Shown here: positions 43,201 through 56,117 of the stretch, piece by piece
How positions within the stretch are numbered: position 1 is the first letter of the stretch
Layout of the letters: every line of letters starts with the position of its first letter
Assembly: GCA_028534125.1 (NCBI GenBank)
Contig: CM052816.1
Location: 68,202,001 to 68,266,000, forward strand
Reading direction: 5' to 3'
Length of the DNA: 64,000 nt
From: Lama glama
Lineage: Eukaryota
Made by a program: the position numbers and the translations under genes
Notes under the pieces: model-generated
What the model was told of the DNA's origin: nothing
What the model saw: only the letters and a program-made list of their open reading frames with translations
The model's database searches: none

Positions 43201-43883
43201 CCTTGAGATTAGACAATGGCCATTAATGAGAGAGAGAAAGAGAGAGGGAGGGGAGGGAAGAAAGATAATCACCAGTTACCTTCTGCTCATAAAACAGCTA
43301 TATGGGAAAATACAAAAAAACTGTTAACCAAAATTCTGTTATTTTTATAGCATTTTCCCACCAGATGGAGGAATTCTAGAATTCAGAAACGACAGAAGAG
43401 ATGTACTGTTTGCAGCCATAGCCTCTGTTCCTTTAAAGTCTGTAAACTAGGAGCTTTACACCTGTTGTTATTTAATCCTCACCACTCCGCTGTTACTATC
43501 CTTGTTACAGAAGTGAGGATACAGAAGCTCACAGAGGTCATGCAGTGGTGAGGCCAGAGTTAAATCACAGCCTTATCCTGGCTGCCCCAAAAGACAGTGA
43601 TGAGACTTGATTTAAACCCTGGGCTTCCTGGTTACATCACCTCCACTGAAGAGGTCCGTCCCCATTTAAGTTCTCCTTATAGCACTATGTAATAAGAGCA
43701 CTCTTCCTTTTCGTCTGTTGTGGGTAGCAGTTTAATACTTAGGACTTTAAATGTCATCTAAGCTGAGAGACAGTGAAAATCTGATTTGGGAGGAGGCTAA
43801 ACCATTTCGTTTTTCAAATAGTTCTTCCAAAATAATTTCTGAATTTCCTCCATTGTCTTCCTTTCCTTTACCATCCTGATGAG

Positions 43884-44287
43884 AATATTAGTTTGCTGGG
43901 GCGACCATAACAGAATAGCATGGGCTGGGAGGCCTAAACAACAGAAATTTATTTTTTCACAGTTCTGAAGACTGGACATCCAACATCAAGGAGCCAGCAG
44001 GGCTGGTTTCCTCTGAGGCCTCTCTCCTTGGCTTGCAGACGGCCACCGTCTCGCTGCCTCTTCACGTGGTCTTTCTACTGTGAGCACATGCCTCTGGAGT
44101 CTGTGTGTCCTAATCGCCCCTTCTTAAGAGAACAAGAGTCAAACTGGATTAAAGCCCACCCTAGTCCTTTAACTAATTACTTCTTTAAAGGCTCTATCTC
44201 CAATTACAGTCACATTATGAGGCACTTGTGGGGTTGGTTAGAGCTTCAACATACGAATTTGTGGGGGACGCAGTTCTGTCTATAACA
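43884..44287. mobile_element. MaLR solo LTR (MLT1A-like) with 5-bp TSD
   Basis: 'tattagtttgct...aaacaacagaaatttatt..tcacagttctg...cttcaacatacgaattt...ataaca'; ATGAG duplicated at 43879-43883 and 44288-44292. Confidence 0.85.
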
Positions 44288-44519
44288 ATGAGTATCCATT
44301 GATTAACTCACTCAAACCTTTCTCGGTGGTTCCCAAATCTGATTATTGACCAGAATTTCTTGAACTGCTTATTTAAACTGTAGAAGTTGGGCCTCTCTCC
44401 AGAACCAGAGTCAGAAACTCTGAATATAAGCCCAGGTATTTGTGGTTTTAAAAAAAATCTCCCCAGGGAATTCTGAGGTGGAGCCAGGGTAAAACTTCTA
44501 GGGTTAAGTATTCTAGAAA

Positions 44520-44750
44520 TAACACTTACTGTGTTCCAGGTATGCTGTAAATGCTGTATGCATATTAGCTCATTTAATCCTCACACTGAGCTATGAGGTA
44601 GGCACTTTTTATTACCCCCATTTTACAGATGAGGACACATAGGCACAGAGAAGTTAAGCCAGTTGCCTGCAGTCACAGAGCTGGTCAGCGGCTGGACTGG
44701 GATGTGAATCCAAGCAGTCTCACGGCAGAGTCCTGGCTCCTAACAGTACA
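44520..44750. mobile_element. MIR SINE
   Basis: 'ctcatttaatcctcac...ccccattttacagatgagga...aggcacagagaagttaag'. Confidence 0.8.
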
Positions 44751-45317
44751 TTCACCTCTTCTCTCCCATGGATGGAGTGTTGACCTCAGTCAACCAAGTG
44801 TGGGGCCCAAGGAGGGGATAAGAACTTGAACATGAAAATCATTGACAGTTGTTTCACACTAATTACTATCATTTCATGCTTAGATATGTGTGTGTTTTAG
44901 AAAGAGTAAGCAACGTTGTAAAAGCTGATTACCTCCTGGTATAACCTACACATTTAGAAGGCATGACACATGTACCCAGTGGTGAAGCAATTTGAAAGCA
45001 CTCTATAAATTTATATAAAATGAATAAAGAATAAGCACTGAAGGACTTTGCTTCTTAAAGTGAATACAAAGGGACACAGATCTGGTGAATAAGATAAGCC
45101 TGAGGATTCACTTTCTCCATTCCCCTTGGCGCCTCCAGAACACTAAGACAGGTGGCCTCCTTGCCTGTAGCACTGGCTTCTTTTCCATGGATCTTTTCCT
45201 AGATAAATGCAAAGGGCTTATCTTCATTTGGAGGCTTTCAACAGACTGTATTTCTCATGTCATGTTCTCATACAGATTCTATTCTTTTGAGCCACTTCCC
45301 CTGTTTTTTCATTACAG

Positions 45318-45378
45318 GCTCCTGACAGTCCTGGTGCAACAGTCAGACCTGAGCGAGATTAATCACCAGGACAATGAG
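45318..45378 (+). CDS. ANKRD55: ANKRD55 coding exon (exon 6)
   Basis: ttttttcattacag| acceptor; (R)LLTVLVQQSDLSEINHQDNE; donor GAG|GTAAGC; 61 nt, phase 2-0, restoring frame. Confidence 0.92.
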
Positions 45379-48299
45379 GTAAGCCTGCCTCTCAAGGAAT
45401 GGGTGGCCATTGCACATGTGAGGGTGGGAAGAAGGGCTTTTCTGAACCACAAGGATAGGGAGGGAGCAGTTTTGTGCTCCCACGCTGAGAGGGAAGCCTG
45501 CATCTCCACTATTAATCCTCAGGCAGAAATTTATCCCACTGTGGGTGTGGGTAGCTTTTAATAGGGAAGGATTTATTGCATTAAGTACTTAAGCATTTAT
45601 CATACCACTGAAATTTTGTAATTTCCCTTTGGACATTGAGAAATAAATATTGCTCCTTCCTGTCTTCTTGGGAACCAGAAACTTCCATGGCTGCTGATGC
45701 TCCCGCTTTGAGTGAAAGATGACAGAGATGATAATTCTAGGCTCCCTGCTCCAGAAGCCACATTATTAAAGCCAATGATCACAACTGCTGTTTCCTTTAT
45801 GTTGCAAAGACAATCCTGCACGTTTCCAAGAAGACAGCACAGCTCTGTTGAACAAATTTCCTGAGGGAGAGTGGATCAGACCAGGCAGAGCAGCCCCAGA
45901 GTAGCTTAGGGTCTTGTGTCTATTTCACTGTTTTAAAAACCAGGTCTGATTTTCATTAGCCAGCCTGATTTCTTTAATAAGCTTCTTACAACTGATTTAA
46001 ATACCTGGTTTTTAATGGAATTTTGTATAAATGTGAACTTGGTTTGGCTATACTTCACTAAGAATATCCTAGGCCATTCTGATAGCATTGAAAATGCATA
46101 TGCCTCAAAATGCCAAATAACACTGTTTTCAAGGAGATCAGCTGGCCATAGACAACAAAGTGAGAGGAAGCCCCCTAACCAGAGCTGGGCCCCCTCCCCC
46201 ATCTTTCTCCTGGGCTGGGACCTTCATGTTTCTTGAGTCTCCTGATCAAAAGTCCTCCTTCCAACGAGCTTGGCATTAATGACCACACCAAAAAGTGCCT
46301 ACTTCACAGCCTGGGTCAGATGTTGGACACCTCCCTGACTCGGTGGTTACACGCTGCTTTCACTCCCCACACCTTCAGTGGTTTAAAGCAAAACCCCAGA
46401 TGAGAGAATACTGTACTGTTTTAAACTTCTGCTTTAAAAATGAGAACCAGAGATGAGAAAGCACACACTGATCACTCAGCCCATAGTGTGAAAGCAGGGA
46501 ACTTGGAGGCTTACAATTGATCCTGTCAGCTGATCATGAACTTCTAGACTTTGGGCAGCTTGCTAACCACTTCTTCCACCTCCAACTCCTGCCGTCACCC
46601 CTCAAACTGGAACTTACAAGAAAGGGGGCAAATTCAGTCATTCATACCCTGAAGCTGAATTCCCCTTACAGACATTCAACTCTGTCCACCCCTCAGCGGA
46701 ATGAACATCCCCCAGCAAAATGATTCCCTGTTTTTCCCCACCCTGGGAGGCCCCTGGTTGGTGGAGACAATGAAAGTAGACAAAAGCCTTTCTTACAGTG
46801 AGAACTATAATACTTTTTGGATAATATGTGGTAAATATTAGAAAAGTCTCTGGTTCCTTCTCATGCAAAGGAAATTCTTCCTGCTCTTACACCAGCATTC
46901 TGACCTGTTAGCTTTTTTGAGCAGGAGCCTCAAAAAGGACACTTCCTCCCAGTGTCGCAGCTCCCTATTCGCACTATGTCACATCACAGTATGTCTGAAA
47001 TCCACCCGAAGCCAACTATTAATGCTTGCCTGTGTTTTTCATTTATGTATATTGCTAGTGTGAGCCAATCCATATAAATTTGCAAAGGCTAGAAACTCTT
47101 TGCCATTGGGAAATAAGGACAGTTCTGAAATGGAAAGAACACAGCCCAGGCTTTCTTTTTCATTCATTACCTTGGTGGAGTTCCTGCATTTGGCTTCTCA
47201 GTGTTCTGCATAAACCATCACCTACTGTCTCCTCCCTCAATCACTTTTCCAATAAGTTCCAAGCACAATGTCAGCTCCATTACACTTGAGAGAGTAATGG
47301 TTAAAGCACACACACCCTACATCTGCTAAATAACAGGAAGCAAAAGACAGCAAAGGCAAAAGAAATCAGGGAAAAGGTAAGCCAGTGCTGGCAAAGCATT
47401 ATGGTTTCCTAATGACAAGGGGAAAGAACAAGACATAACCCCTATATAGTCTGAATTAAATTATTTTTCAAGAATAACTGAAGGACTCCCAAGCTTATCA
47501 CAATAACGGTTAAAGATTAAAGGATCAACTGATAGAAATCTAACTTCATTAAGAGACATATTCGATTGTAAACTGAAACTAAAAAATGTAGAGGGGGACA
47601 GAAGAAAATAAAAAATCTGTTTCTGAAGCCATTGTATTGCACATGTAAAACAAAACGTGGTATGTACCACTTTATATCAGAAAAGTGACTGTCACTTTAG
47701 ATACTGTCCTGATTTGAGCTCAGTGACTTAAAGTTTTTGTATTAGTTTTTACTTGTATAAGTAATACATGAACACATTTGCTTCTTAAACATTTAAATAT
47801 TACGAGTAATACTGGGAGTCTTTGATTACTTCCACCCTACCACCTTGCCCCCAGGTAATTGCTGTCTGATTTGTCTCTTTTCTAACCTCGTGTATACACT
47901 GTGTGTGTGTGTGTGTGTGTATACACATACACACAGATATAGACACTATGTATGTATAACATGAAAGGTATTTCATATTATATATGCTCTGCAGCTTTGT
48001 TTTTTCACTCAATAATATGTCTTAGAGCTCTATCCACGTTAATACCTATACATATGGCTCATTCCTTTTAATGGCTTCATAATGTTTCATACTATGAAAA
48101 TACCTCCTTTTATTTTCTGTTCTCCTATGAATGGATCTTTAGGTTGTCTCCAATTTTTCACCATTATAAACATTACTCTGAAGAGTGTACTTTTATAAAC
48201 CTCCTTGAGAATTTTATACAAACATTTCTTTAGAAGAAGCCTTGTTAGACAATGTACATTGTTAGAAAATGTACATTGAGGCAGAGGTGGGGAAGGCTG

Positions 48300-48998
48300 T
48301 TTTTTTTAAATTGAAGTACAGCTGATTTACAATATTATGTTAGTTTCAGGTGTATAGCATAGTTATTCAGTATTTTTGCAGATTATATTCCATTATAGGT
48401 TATTACAAGATAATGGGTATAATTCCCTGTGCTATACAGCAGATCCTTGTTGATTATCTATTTTATGTATAGTAGTTTGTATCTATTAATTCCATACCCC
48501 AAATTTGTCTCCCTTCCCTTCCCTCTCCCCTTATGTAGCAACAAGTTTGTTTTCTATATCTGTGAGTCTGTTTCTGTTTTGTATATCCTTCATTTGTATA
48601 ATTTTTTAGATTCCACATATAAGTGATGTCACATAGTATTTATCTTTCTCTGACTTATTTCACTAAGTACAGCAATCTCTACGTCCATCCACATTGCTGC
48701 AAATGGCAGTATTTCATTCTTTTTTATGGCTGAGTAATATTCCATCTTCTTTATCCAATCCTCTGTTGAGGGATGGGTTGCTTCCATGTCTTGGCTATTG
48801 TAAATAATGCTGCTATGAATATTGGGGTGCACTTATCTTTTCAAATTAGTGTTTTCATTTTTTCTGGATATATACCCAGGAGTGGGATTACTGGACATAT
48901 GGTAGTTATATTTTTAGTTTTTTAAGGAATCTCTATACTGTTCTCCATGGTGGCTGCACCAATTTACATTCCCACCAACAGTATACAAGGGTTTCCTA
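48300..48998 (-). mobile_element. L1 3' portion nested in an older L1 remnant (about 47720-49620)
   Basis: T-run then 'ttgaagtacagctgatttacaat'; minus translation EDWIKKMEYYSAIKKNEILPFAAMWMDVE is L1 ORF2p end. Confidence 0.85.
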
Positions 48999-50734
48999 TT
49001 TTTGTTTTTAATATGCATGTTCATCAAAGTGGCTGTATCAATTTATTGCTCCACCCATTGTTATAAAAGGGTGTTTATTATCATTTTCCTGTTGTTGGAT
49101 TTTCTTGTTGTTGCTTTAATTTGCATTTCCCTAATAGTCAGTGAGATTGAGCATAATTTCATAGGTACGATGGTCATTTTTAGATCTTCTAGGACTTGCC
49201 TGCTTAGGTCCTTTGTCTATTCACTAATCTGTTGTGTTACTTGTAATTTTCTTGTGGATTCATAGGAGTTTATTTTACATTCTGAACATTAATCCTTTGT
49301 CTGCTGTTAGATTGCAAATATTTTTTCACAGTCTATTGCTTATTTTAGAACTTTTTGTGGTATCTTTTTCTATACAGAAATTTTAAAATACGATGTAATC
49401 AAAATGATTATCCTTGTCCATTACTGCTTTTGCTTTTATTATCTTTTAAAAGAAGGCCTTCTTTACCCCCAGGGACATAACCACATTATGCTAAATTTTC
49501 TCTTAGTTTGTTACAAGATTTTTTAAGAATATGTGGTTCCATTTCTGAACTCTTTGTTCTCGCTCCAATGATCTGTTTGTTTTTCCTTTTTCATTAGCCA
49601 CATTGCTTAATTACTTAGAAGCTGTCCACACTACAGGGTTTAACAGTGGGAAAGACAATATGGGTCAGATCATCCTTTGTGTCTTTGTTCTCTGGACCTC
49701 AGGGAATCATTGACAAAGTGAGAGGCTTGTCTCTTGCCACTACAGAGAGTTAAAAGTTGCTAGACTCCTGGAACCTAATCTGTCCTGCTCTCATTTTAGC
49801 TTTAACAGGAAGAGTGACCCATCAAGGGGGGCTATGAGCTATTGGTACCTGGGTTAGAACTTTGAATGCATTTCTCCAGAAAAGCACTGTTGTGTATGGT
49901 GTTTAGGATAGATAGCATTTTTGTTGTTGTTTTTGTTTTTCTACTATAGAGCATTTATTTAGTACAATAGCACTCTTTGTTAAAGATAGATTGTTGATCC
50001 TACATTAAATGCACATTCTCACATTCTGGTATAAGTAGATTTTTATGAGTGGCCTAACAATCCAAACTTCCAGCACAACAGCACTCTGAGAAAATAAGTT
50101 CAAGTTGCAAAAACAGATGTGAACCTTTGGGTATAATTCTTTGCACAAAAATCCACTTATAACATTCCTAAGATATAAGCACAAGTAGAGATTGTGTATT
50201 ATAAAGGCAAAATCAGTAGAAATAGTCCCTGCCTCTATAAATCTTTTTACTTTACAGTTGGCAAAAGATAAAATAATAAAGCAAAAAAATTTTAATGCAC
50301 CAGAATTTTTATCCTAAAAGTGAGTACTTTAAAAAATGGAGTAGAATCACTACCACTTAGGGGCCCTCACTTCCTTCTCTCTTCTCTTCTTCTCCCCCCC
50401 ATAAATTTCTAGAGGCAGACCATGTCTTCTTTATCTTTGTATCCTAGAAGCTAGTTCAATAACTTGCACATAGTTGAGTCTCCCCAAAAAAATATGTTTA
50501 GATAAATAGAGAATTAAATTTTAAATTCAAGAAAATGTCATGTTATTTTATTTTATTGACTCTTTCTCGCTTTATTTTGTTGATTCAACTCAGTGACCCA
50601 TTTTATTTATCAGACTTGACTCCAAGTGACTTTTAATTATTTCCAAAATCTACTCTCAAAAAATAAGATTTTACAACATTTGAGATCTTCAGAAATGTAC
50701 TGTAGACTCTTAAGACAGGACTCCTTGTCCATTT

Positions 50735-50930
50735 CTATGATATGGACACATCTGGTATGCTGGGGAAGCCAGTGGATTCCGTCTCAGAAAAATGTCTGAC
50801 ATTACATAAAATAAAATGCATAGGATTACCAAAAAACCCAATTATATTGAAAAGCAGATATCAGAATATTTCAAAGAACAAATTTATGATAGTAATATGC
50901 AAGCTTTTTTATTAATACATTACTAATCTT
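50735..50930. mobile_element. Possible hAT-Charlie-like DNA transposon remnant
   Basis: 'cataaaataaaatgcataggattacc...ccaattatattgaaa' recalls a MER-type DNA element; family uncertain. Confidence 0.4.
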
Positions 50931-52649
50931 TATAATCTATAATTTAAGATTTTTCCCAAATAAATTTGAGAAAATGACTTTCACTGTTGCACTTCTAACA
51001 TCCAGAGTTTTGTTTTGTTTATTTTTTTAGAATCTTTTAAAGTACATCATTAATTCCAATCTTTTGTAAACAGAAGAGCCTTTATAACTTTTGTGAGGGG
51101 TAGTCATATGTGGTTGGGAGATTAATAGTATGTGAATATTAAAATGTCAATGCCAGAGGCAAACTGGACTCCTCTGAAGGATCTAGAATTGTTTTGCTGA
51201 TCTCTCAGCCACCTGCTGTAGTTCTGTCCCCTAGTGCACGAAGCACCCACCACATCACACATTTCTATCTCTGCCATTCGGTGTCCCCAAGAGCTGGTCT
51301 AAAAGTGCAGTTCTGAAACATGAAAAGTGCTAAGCACTTAATCAGATTTCTGGTTCATAAAACACAAAAGTTACAGTGGTTTTGGAAAAAAAGTTCTGAG
51401 AAGCTGACAGGACTTTGAAAACCCTTAACTGAAATGTTGGTGGCATAGGCATAAGGCACAGAATTACTCATCTGCACTAGAGCACTGTTACAAAGCAACT
51501 CCACCCCACACCCAAGAGTTACCACACGCAGTAGTCCTATCAGCAATCTCGAAATGGATCCTAAGTCAAGCAAAACGTAACAAAACATTCTAGAGAGCTG
51601 TGCTCTTAAATGAATGTAAGTTACTGTTCACTCTTGGAGCCAGCACTCCTTATTTTTTTTCAAAAAATGGAATTCTGCTGTCACCAGGGCCATCTGGGTG
51701 TTTGTTGCAGCATGTTTGCAGATGACTCCTAGATTTTCAGCCTTTAGATTCTTTGAAGGCCCAACTGAGTCCCTGATGACTCAATGAAAAGCTTGTAGGA
51801 AAAGTCACTGCAGTTTGGACACAGGTGGCTGACTTGCATTCCACCAACTCTGGTATTTCATACTCCCCATGAATACTCCCAAGGGGAGTATAAATATAAA
51901 TATAATTTGGTATATAAAAAGTATAATTAGCAACTCACTAAGTCTTCCTGTGAACATTTCTTGAACACCTACTGTGTGCTCAGTGAATAAGCCACAGCCT
52001 CTACCTTAGTGTACTACAGCTTAATCTTAATCCCTGGCACAGCTCAGTGCAAACACTAATTGCCTGAAGTCCGCTCTTTAAATGGCCACCAGAGTCTTAA
52101 CACAACCACAATGTGTTAGATGTTTTAACAGAAGTTGAAGGAAGGAGGAGGCAGTTGTAGGAAGAATGTTCCTAAACAAAGTGTGTTGTGCAATACAAAG
52201 AGCTGCACTTGAGCTGATTTTGAAAGTTTTGGTTTTCATATTACTAACCCTAAGAGGATGTGTTTTTGTTTCTCATTAGTCCAACTGAAAAAAAAAAAAA
52301 GCAACAGGAAATTTCCCTTGACCTGACTGAATGTTTGCAACCTGTTTACATTGTAGTATAATTATACTATATATTATATATTATAGTATGTATTATTATT
52401 TAGAGAAATAATGGAGTAATTCAAGTCTTGCTTTAGGGCCACTCAGGGGATCAACAGTTATTTATAACACTTATCCCAAATTTCAGGGTAAGGGAGGAGT
52501 GGCAGGAGAATGTACATATTTCAATACCATACAAAAATAAATACTTGCCAGCTTTACTTTTATAAGAGGCCTAGAGGTGATACCAAATGAAACAAATAAT
52601 ATAGGGTGGCAACCCTTAGGCTAGTGAGAACTACCATTCTGGAAAATAG

Positions 52650-52890
52650 AAGTCTACTAGCATGATGTGTGGAAAGAGCATTTTCCTCCAGAGTTGGAAG
52701 GAAGGACCTGGATTTGAATCCCAATTTTGCTTGTACCCAGTGGGTGGCCTTAGGAAAATTGTTTAACCTCTGTTTCAGTTTCCTTACCTGTAAAATGGGC
52801 CTAAAAATACCTATCCCTTTAGGATTGTTGTAAAGATTCAATGAATTGACATATATAAAGCACTTGGCACCAAGCAGGTGTATAAAAAAT
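52650..52890. mobile_element. MIR SINE
   Basis: 'gacctggatttgaatccc...tttaacctctgtttcagtttccttacctgtaaaatggg'. Confidence 0.8.
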
Positions 52891-55650
52891 GGTAGTGCTC
52901 TTCCCCAGCCTTTGCCAGTGCAGGAGCTGGGGGGTTTTGGTTGTTACTTTTTGTTTTTGTTTTCTTGGTGGGGCGGGTGGGAGAGGATTGTTGTTTTAAG
53001 AAGTAACTCTTGAAGCCTAGAAACTGTGTTTAGAAGACAGTGTTAACAGTGCATAATCATAGTTTAATTGACAGCCACATTTTCACGCTGAATTCTCACA
53101 TTGCTTGCTAAATCTGTATCTCTGCATGTAGTGATTGCCATCTACCTCATTTGGAGCACTCATCAAGAATTTCAGCAGGTTTCAATTGAAGAGTTAGTAA
53201 CAATGATCATATCAGACAAGTTCATTTTCCATAAAGAAGTCGTTTTCTACCTTTCTTTCTTGTGTGTATGATTTTAAACAGCAAAGCCAAATTTTACCAA
53301 AGCAAAAAATTCACGAACAGTAAGAAATCCCTCATTCATTTAATAAGCATTTACTTAGCATCTACAGTGTACCTCGCACTGTTCTAGGCTCTAAGGATTC
53401 AGGCAAGAAGACAAAGACCCTGCCTTCATGAAGCTTACACTCCAGTGACTTCAAAATTGTCTCTGATGTCTTTATCCCTGGAGGCTGGTGCCACTTCATG
53501 ATGAAGCCAATGATTCAGAAGCAAGGGGACTCAGCACTGGGAAAGAGGCAATCCATGCGCAATAAAAAGAATCTGATTCCCTGGAGTCCAGATTTCTAAT
53601 CCCAGTGGGCCAAATTAAAAATGGAGAGGACCTACAGAAATACACTGAGCTATTCTAAATCCTGAGTAAATATTCAGCTGTTGGAATAAGAACAAGAATT
53701 TCCACTGCTTTTAGACCAGCATTCTTTTCCATATGGAACCAATTTCTTGAAACATTTTTAAGTGTATCTTGGGAGACTCAGTGTTACGTGACATTTGAAA
53801 CTTGAAACTTGAAAGCAGACTATAATGTCATGATTTAGAATATGGAACTGGTGCAGGGGATTTAACATTCTAAAGCTCACTGCCCCACAAACCTCAAACC
53901 TTAGATTCAGTTTTGTGCTCATTCACAGACTTGTGAACTTCCCTAGAGCTCAGCTTCCTCTTCCATGTAATGAAATGGCACCTGTCAGAGTTGGCTAACT
54001 GCAACAGCAACAACTCAGAATCTCAGTGGCCTGACACAACAGAAGCCAACTTCCTGCTTTCTTCATAGTCCAATGCTGGTTGACAAGGTGGCCCTGTTCT
54101 ATCTTATCATCCAGGATCTTGGGCTTTTTAATCACATGATTCCAGCACCTTCTTGAGCCTTGTCCTCTATATTCAGTTGTCAGATGAGGAAAGAGAATAT
54201 TTGGATACTTGGAAGACTACATAGGTTTTGTTTTCTAGGCAGGCCTGGGTAGGGAGGGGACTTCCATCCTTCTAACCCTTCTGCTCTTACTGCAATGTGG
54301 TGAGGACTCAATCTCGCAGCCACATCTCTGCTGGGAGGCTGGGGAATGCAGACTGACTCTGTGCCTGGAGGAAGAAGAAACAGTTTGGTAAGCACGAAGC
54401 AGACTTCGCCACAATACTTAATTCAAAAAGCTGTTTGGAGGATTACATGAGATAATATGCATAAGAACTCATAAAGATCTCTGGAGTAGTGTTAGCTCTG
54501 CACTCCTAGCTAGTCTGGGGCCCATCCCCTCCACTCAGCTCATCTTGGATGGGCAGGGAAGACTAAGGTAGTGACTCTATGTTATCTGCAGAAATGACAC
54601 CAAAAAAAGAGTCAGAGCAACTCATATCTTTTGCTCCTTTTACCAGGTATCTTAACCTAGAGTCATTTTAGACATATTTCATGTAATTGAGAGCCATAAG
54701 CAAGGAGAAGAGGCCATCCTTTCATAACATGCTTCCAAAGAATATTAGTCCTCTTTGGCAAACATTTCCCAGCAAACGCTTGTTTAATTACTAAATGATG
54801 CCTAGAATGTGTGACTTCAAGCTCTGAAAGAAGGTGAGATTCACCAGATTCACTCATCGACATCTGTTCTCCAAGCTGCCACAGAGTGATTTCTTCTAAA
54901 CAGTGTAAATAAGATCATGTCAACATCGCTTAACATTCTTCACTGTCCTTCCATTGACTTTAGAATAAAACCCAAATGCCTTATGCAGGGTCGGTATCCC
55001 CCATCCCACACTCCCAGGATCAGCCCTGCCTCCTTCTCCAACCTCATCTCACAGGGCTCACCTCCTCTCCCTCTCCATCCGTCCGTCCATCCATCCATCC
55101 ATCCATTCAACAGCTGCTTATCTAGGCCCGGTTCTGGTCACTGGGGACGCTGCAGTAGAACAGTGTCCCTGCCCCGGTGATGGGAGATGGCATCCTAGCA
55201 TGACTCTGTCACAGTGCCTGCCCCTGTGAGTTGTTGCTCGCTGGTCTCTTCCCCTAGCCCAGCTCACAGAGGCTCTCGTAGAACAGTTTCGCCCCCTGTG
55301 GTTACTCTATCACAGCACTCTGAATGTGTTCATTACAGCATTCAACCATCTGGAAAATCCTTCTGCTTGTTTGCCTGCATTTACTGTGTCTTCCTCTGCC
55401 ACAGAGTAATTCCCATGAGGACAAGGATCTTGTTTATCTTAGTCACCATAGTGTCCTTAACACCTGTTTGCGTGGCACAGAGCAGAAGCTCAATGCATCT
55501 CTGCTGAATGAATGGCTTAAGGAGCGAGTGAACTGACAGGCTGCAGCCAGTGCATCTGGTGATGCCTCAGGCCTGAGGAGAAAGTGTGTGCTCCACCTTC
55601 CTTCCTGATAGCCCGCGCTCATCTCTGCCCCTCTGATTGTGATTTTGTAG

Positions 55651-55788
<138 letters not shown>

Positions 55789-56062
55789 TAGCCAGTGGAC
55801 TTGTCTCAAGTATAAATGGTGTAAAGTGATGTTAACAATTCTGAGTATGTCAGACCTGAAAGATTTTCAAAGGTACAGCCCCAGCACTGATATCAACTTT
55901 ATATGTATGACAGAGCACGTGAGATACACGCTGCCCTCCTCCCCTCCATTCACATCCACGGGGGCAGCAGCAAACCCGTCACTTGGGAGGATTTGGGTAC
56001 ATCAGTTATGAGGTAAAGAGGGGGAGAAGTTATAGAATATCAGACAGAGCCCACCTGGCTGT

Positions 56063-56117
56063 TACACACACACACACACACACACGCACACCCTTCTCTC
56101 TCTCATTCTCTCTCTCA
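56063..56117. repeat. (CA)n followed by (CT)n microsatellite
   Basis: Seen directly. Confidence 0.9.

Noticed and set aside
52354..52390. 16-bp AT-rich palindrome TAGTATAATTATACTA
   Set aside because: Within low-complexity AT sequence where such palindromes are common.
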